Shown here: positions 58,131-64,000 of the stretch, piece after piece
Layout of the letters: each line of letters begins with the position of its first letter
Position numbering within the stretch: position 1 is the first letter of the stretch
DNA from: Lama guanicoe
Taxonomy: Eukaryota
NCBI GenBank assembly: GCA_013239625.1
Contig: MU056050.1
Span: 2,590,084-2,654,083 of the forward strand
Length of the DNA: 64,000 bases
Direction: 5' to 3'
Notes under the pieces: generated by a model
What the model saw: the letters and a program-made list of their open reading frames with translations, nothing else
Told to the model about the DNA's origin: nothing
Database searches by the model: none
Translations under genes and position numbers: made by a program

Positions 58131-58525
58131 TATGATGAAAGTTCTTGATGGAACTTATGATGGAAGTTCTTAGAAAAATCATTTAAATGTTAATAAAAGA
58201 GCATGGTTGCCTAATATTTTACTTTCCTTTTTCTTTATATTTTTATGTGCTATTTTAATATTCAGTTAATACAGGCAGAAAACAAGTCTGTCATTACAAA
58301 TTTAAAGAGTTTCTAATGTTGATACTACCTCTAGTCTGAATATATGAAGTGCTACAATTTTGGTAATTTATATCATGTTTTTAAAAATCTATGTTAGAAT
58401 AAAATACAATGCTTCATTTATGGTATATCAAGTATATTTTAAATAAAAAATGTACTTTTTAAATTAGATGTTAATAATCCATAGTTATTAAAAAACTTGA
58501 ACATGCTTTCTTTCTTTCCAAATAG

Positions 58526-58675
<150 letters not shown>

Positions 58676-59432
58676 TAATTTCCAAATATTTCATTCAGCT
58701 CTCCTGTTAAGTTGTTATTAATCATTAAGGTTTTTTTTGTATCTAGCTCTTTTATTTAGAATAACCAAATTCAGTTGATGTTTTATTACTTGTTTACAAA
58801 TCTGTGGCATATCTCCTTAAGTTAAGAACCAGTTGCAGTGCTATCTCCATTAACACATGAATTGGGACTAAAATACCTTTTACCGAAAGTCTTTGCTGTA
58901 ATTAAAATCATACAGAATCTTTATAAATTATGTGAAGAAAAGCAACATTCATGAGGTATTAAAAAATCTCTTTTGATAGTTTTTGTCATAATCTCATTGC
59001 TAGGTAGAAAAATTTTTGAGATTTGATTCCTTTGTTTCAAGTTTTCTGCTTCTGGTTCTGTTCTCTATTTCGTAGTGACCTTTTTTCGTGTTTTGAGCCA
59101 CAACCTTTATTCTGTCTGCATGTTTGCTCTGCCTTGTCAAAATTGGAAATCATCTGATTTTATTTTAGGCATGTAATTTACTGATCAATTATACTTTTAA
59201 GTGAGTGTGAGTGTATTTTAGAGCTTAAACATAACCAACAGGTGGGCATTAATACCCTTTATCTGTTTATTGTGGATAAAGAGCCTTGCCTTTGGAAAAG
59301 TCAGGAGGTTTGGATGCTGTTTCATTGAAAGCTCTCTGTTTTATTTGTGTTTTTTTTTTAATTCTTATTGCTTCCTTAGTTATAAAAGTGTTAAATGTCT
59401 CCCTACAGAAATTGTTCTGCTCTTTAAGTTAG

Positions 59433-59723
<291 letters not shown>

Positions 59724-60289
59724 TAGGATTGCATTAGTGCATGAAAAAACTTTATACTTCAGAAATTTTATAATTTAAGGATTTTAACTATGTTTTATGG
59801 ATAATACTCCATTTTAATTCCATGAGTTCCCCTTACAGTGTAGTTGTGGCTTTAGAGGTATAACTGGAATGCTTTGTGTATTTTAATTTGTGTTCTTGGC
59901 TTAGCCTAATTAAGGAAGAAGCATTTAACAGACAATAGTATTGTGATCCATCATGAGCATCTTAGTCTGTGTCCTGAGCTGTGACTACACTGTAAATTAG
60001 AAGTCCCCCCTTTTTATTTATCTTTGTACTTTGACTGCTAGTCCTGTTCTCAGAAGACCCTGTTCTCAACAGACCATTTAAACAGGATACTTTTATGGTT
60101 TGGTCTCCTAAAATGGTGACATATTCTAAGAGAGCCCAACAAATGAAATTAAATTCTAAAAATCTTCTTTGAACCACCCCCTGCTCCCTGAATCCCTGTC
60201 TTGGAGGTACAAAAGGGCAGAAGAATGTGAGTAACTTAATAGTATAGATAATGTCTTTTGAAAGCCCACCAGTATTTTGCATTTAAAGA

Positions 60290-61770
60290 TTATATAGATC
60301 TTACATGAAATTCTAAAGCAGACAAAACTAATAATCCATGGTGATAGAAATCACTAGTGGTTACTTCTAAGGTTGTGGAGACTAAATGGGAAAAGGGATA
60401 TAGGGTATTTTCTAGGGTCATGGGAATGCCCTATATCTTGAAAGGTGTGGGTTACATGACTGCATTCATTTGCAAAACTGACCCAACTTTATTCTTAATT
60501 TCTGTGCATTTTATTATATATAAATTTATCCCTATTAAAAATTGCATTGACACTTAGAGAAGTATAAATTAAAATAATAAAAAAAAACATTTCTCACCTA
60601 GCAGATTAGCAAAAATGAAGAAGACTGATAGTGCCAAGTTTTGCCAAGGACGTGGAGCAATAGAGACTTTTAGACATTGCTGGTAGAGTATACTGGTACA
60701 AGAACACTTTGTGGAGATATTTGGCAATGTCACAAAGTTTAAGATTCTCCCTACTTCATGGTCCAGCAATTCTATTCATAGGTAGATACCCTAGAGGAGA
60801 TCCTGCACATGTATATAAGGAGAACCATAAAAATATCTGACTGTTGCATTGATTGAATAGGGAAAAGCTCAGAACTAACTAAACAGTTATCAAGTGGGAA
60901 ATAGGATCAACAGATTGACATAGAATGGAATACTATACAGTGGTCAAAATGGTTACTTTTTTTTAAGTAAATAGTTCTTAATTTGATTAAAAACCTAGCT
61001 ATTTTTAAAATTTCTGGTAGCCTCAGATGTCATAAATTGATTTTATTTTTATAGTTCTTTTTATAGAATTGGGATTGAAATAAGACTCACACAATCCAAT
61101 TGATCTTCTTTTAAAATCTTAAGTTTTTTTCAGGTTTATTGAGGTATAATTAACAAACAAAATTATATATTTAAAATACACAGTATGATGATTTCATATA
61201 CATTTTGAAAGGATTCCCATCATCAGGTTAATTATTTATCGCCTCACATATTTACCCTTTTTTGGATGAGAACACTTAAGCTGTATTCTTTAGCAAATTT
61301 TAGCAAATTTCAATTATACAGTATTGTATAATTACACAGTATCATCAACTGTAACCACTATGTTATATATTAGACCCTCAGACCTCATTGGTCTTTTTAA
61401 AAAATTTTTTCCTGACTTAACATTGAGATACAGTTGGCATATAATACTATGTAAATTTGAGGTGTACAACATATTGATTTGATACACTTAAAAATTGGAA
61501 AATGATTGCTACCATAGTGTTAGCTAATGTCACTCTTTGGAAATGGTAAGATTTTAAATTGTAATGTTGAGTGCAAAAAGCAAAGTACAAAATGATGCTA
61601 TGATGTCTATAGACCAGTAGGTATTAAAAGTATAAAACTAATGCATGGGGACAAAAAACAGCAAATTCAGGTTAATGGTGACCTCTGTGGCTGGGAAGAA
61701 GACAAAAGGAAATAGCATTAGGAAGGGCTACTTATCCGGAATGTTCTGTTAAGCTATGTGGTGTATACTG
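60290..61770. mobile_element. Cluster of nested L1 fragments: sense L1MC/ME-like pieces with antisense L1 3' ends at about 61130-61390 and 61410-61530
   Basis: cagcaattctattcataggtagataccctagag; ttattgaggtataattaacaaa; ttgagatacagttggcatataa. Confidence 0.7.
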
Positions 61771-62953
61771 ATGTAGTTGTAGATCTCTCTACCAGTGAGT
61801 GTATTTTGGCTTAGGCTGCACATCTTGTCACAGACGGATAGCAGTTCTCAGATTGATAGGCAACTTACAGACCACACTTTGAGGAGTACTGTATTACTGT
61901 GTATAGCTGATATATATTGTAATTAAGAAGAAATAATGAACAACTAACACCAAACAGTATGTTTGTAACTGATACTTCTTTTCGTTTCTCTTTAATGGTG
62001 TTCAAAACTGGTAATTCTGAACTGATTGAAATTAGCCGTTATTATGATAGCAAAATTTGGATTGCACTTTATATAGTTAGTTGATGAAAATTGTGTTCAT
62101 GTTTTTGAAGCATAATTTAGACAATAAAGCACTGAACTTTTAGTGTCAAAGGCCTGGAATTTGAATCATGGTTATACTACTTTCTCATTTTTATGACCAT
62201 GGATATATCACTTAACTTTTTTTGTCCTTTCTCTCATCTGTCAAATGGGGCGAATGTCTCCCTCACAAGATTTTAAGAATAAAGTTAACCCAAGAGGAAA
62301 ATGCCTAGCACACAGTAGTCACACAGATGTTAGTTGATTTTTTGTTGGTATATTACATATAAGCCATAGAGTCCTTGTGATACTGGGATACAGAAGTATA
62401 AATTCCATCGGGCTGAAAATTGTTTTGCAGGTAGGGACCATATCTGATATACTTTTGTATCCATCCTCATTGCCTTGGATGTAAATGCTCAACAAATACT
62501 AAGCTGAAATGCTATGAATTATTTCATTTAATGTGAGAATCTTGATAGAGGTAAAATTGCTCATCAGTGTACTGATGAGGCTGAGATTGAGTAAGTAGTG
62601 AAGTAATACGCTTGTGCTCACACAGCTGGGGGTGCTGGTAGAACGGGGACTAGAACCCAAATTGTATGATTTTTAAATCCAGTCCTCTTTCCAGAAATAG
62701 AACTCAGGTTTGTTCTTCTAACAGAGGTTCTGTAAAGTTCGGATAGAACAGATACATCTCAAGAAAAAAAAACACTAGCGTCCTTCAATTGTAACTGTGT
62801 GCTTTGAGGAAATGTAGACTATCAACTGTTATTCTGTTTTATTCTAACTTACTTTTTATTTAGTTCTAATTAAATCATTGTATGTTCCATATAGCATGTG
62901 AGCCTTAAGATTATTAAGAACAAGCGAAAAGAAAAAAAGCTATGGCAGTTTAG

Positions 62954-63316
<363 letters not shown>

Positions 63317-63349
63317 TAATAGCTTGCACAATGTGTCCAGTTTTGTGTA

Positions 63350-63535
63350 AATGTACTGTTTTAAGCATTTTACATACATAAATTCAGTTCTCACAACTCT
63401 CTAGGTACATCCTCATTTTTCAGATGAGATAACTAGTACAGGGAAGTAACTTACCTAAAGTCATACAGATAGTAAGTAGCAGAGCCAGGTAGTCTTAACT
63501 CTAGAGCAGCTGCTTTTTAGTCACTGCACTATACT
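63350..63535 (-). mobile_element. MIR SINE relic
   Basis: cctcatttttcagatgag...gaagtaacttacctaaagtcatacagatagtaagtagcagagcc. Confidence 0.75.
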
Positions 63536-63839
63536 GTATGCATTGGGATATGGACTCAGTATTTTAGAGCTAATCATTACCTAAGAAATCAGATCATCTA
63601 GTTTAAGTGGAACAACAGATTCAGAGAGGTTCCAACTTTTGAATTTCTATGAAGAGGTCATTAATCATAAAGAACTTGATAGAATACAAATTGCTGTCTA
63701 TAATCTTTGAGATAAGAGTCATTGTGACACTTGAATCTCTTGGACTCTTAGTTCCCCAGAGTTGGTTCAGAATGGTTTGGGGACTTTTTCCCTCTCCTTA
63801 GGAAACTTTAAACAAATTAGCAAAGTTGCCAAAATTTGT

Positions 63840-64000
63840 TCCAGCTGTTACTCCTTAGTAATAAACTATCCCCCAAACTTAGGACATAGCAGGGACATGA
63901 TGTCTGGTAGCTTCAGTTCAGAAGACTCAGAGGCTGGTGACTGGAATCATATGGAGGCATCTACACTTACATTTCATGCTATCTCATTCTGGTTGTCACC
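63840..64000. mobile_element. Partial MaLR (MLT1-like) LTR
   Basis: aaactatcccccaaacttag...gactcagaggctggtgactggaatcatatggaggc. Confidence 0.5.

Overview
AT-rich mammalian genomic DNA containing most of STAG2 (cohesin subunit SA-2) on the + strand. I traced 28 consecutive coding exons with GT-AG boundaries, from the ATG at 9302 to 63212. They total 3277 coding nt (codons 1-1092 plus one base), splice into one uninterrupted frame, and match human STAG2 as I recall it almost residue for residue. A probable non-coding exon lies near 8022-8082. The promoter/first exon and the last exons are outside the window. Exon numbers follow my recollection of the human 35-exon model. Introns hold old L1, L2/MIR, MaLR LTR, Tigger and hAT relics, three tRNA-derived SINEs and short L1 3' ends with target-site duplications. 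The SINE type suggests a camelid genome, and STAG2 is X-linked in placental mammals; both points are inference. I found no new gene or system. The most interesting signals are at RNA level: chained uORFs overlapping the start codon, an exon junction that regenerates its own 5' splice site, several intronic AG|GT dual sites, a candidate poison exon, and an inverted L1 pair next to an acceptor.
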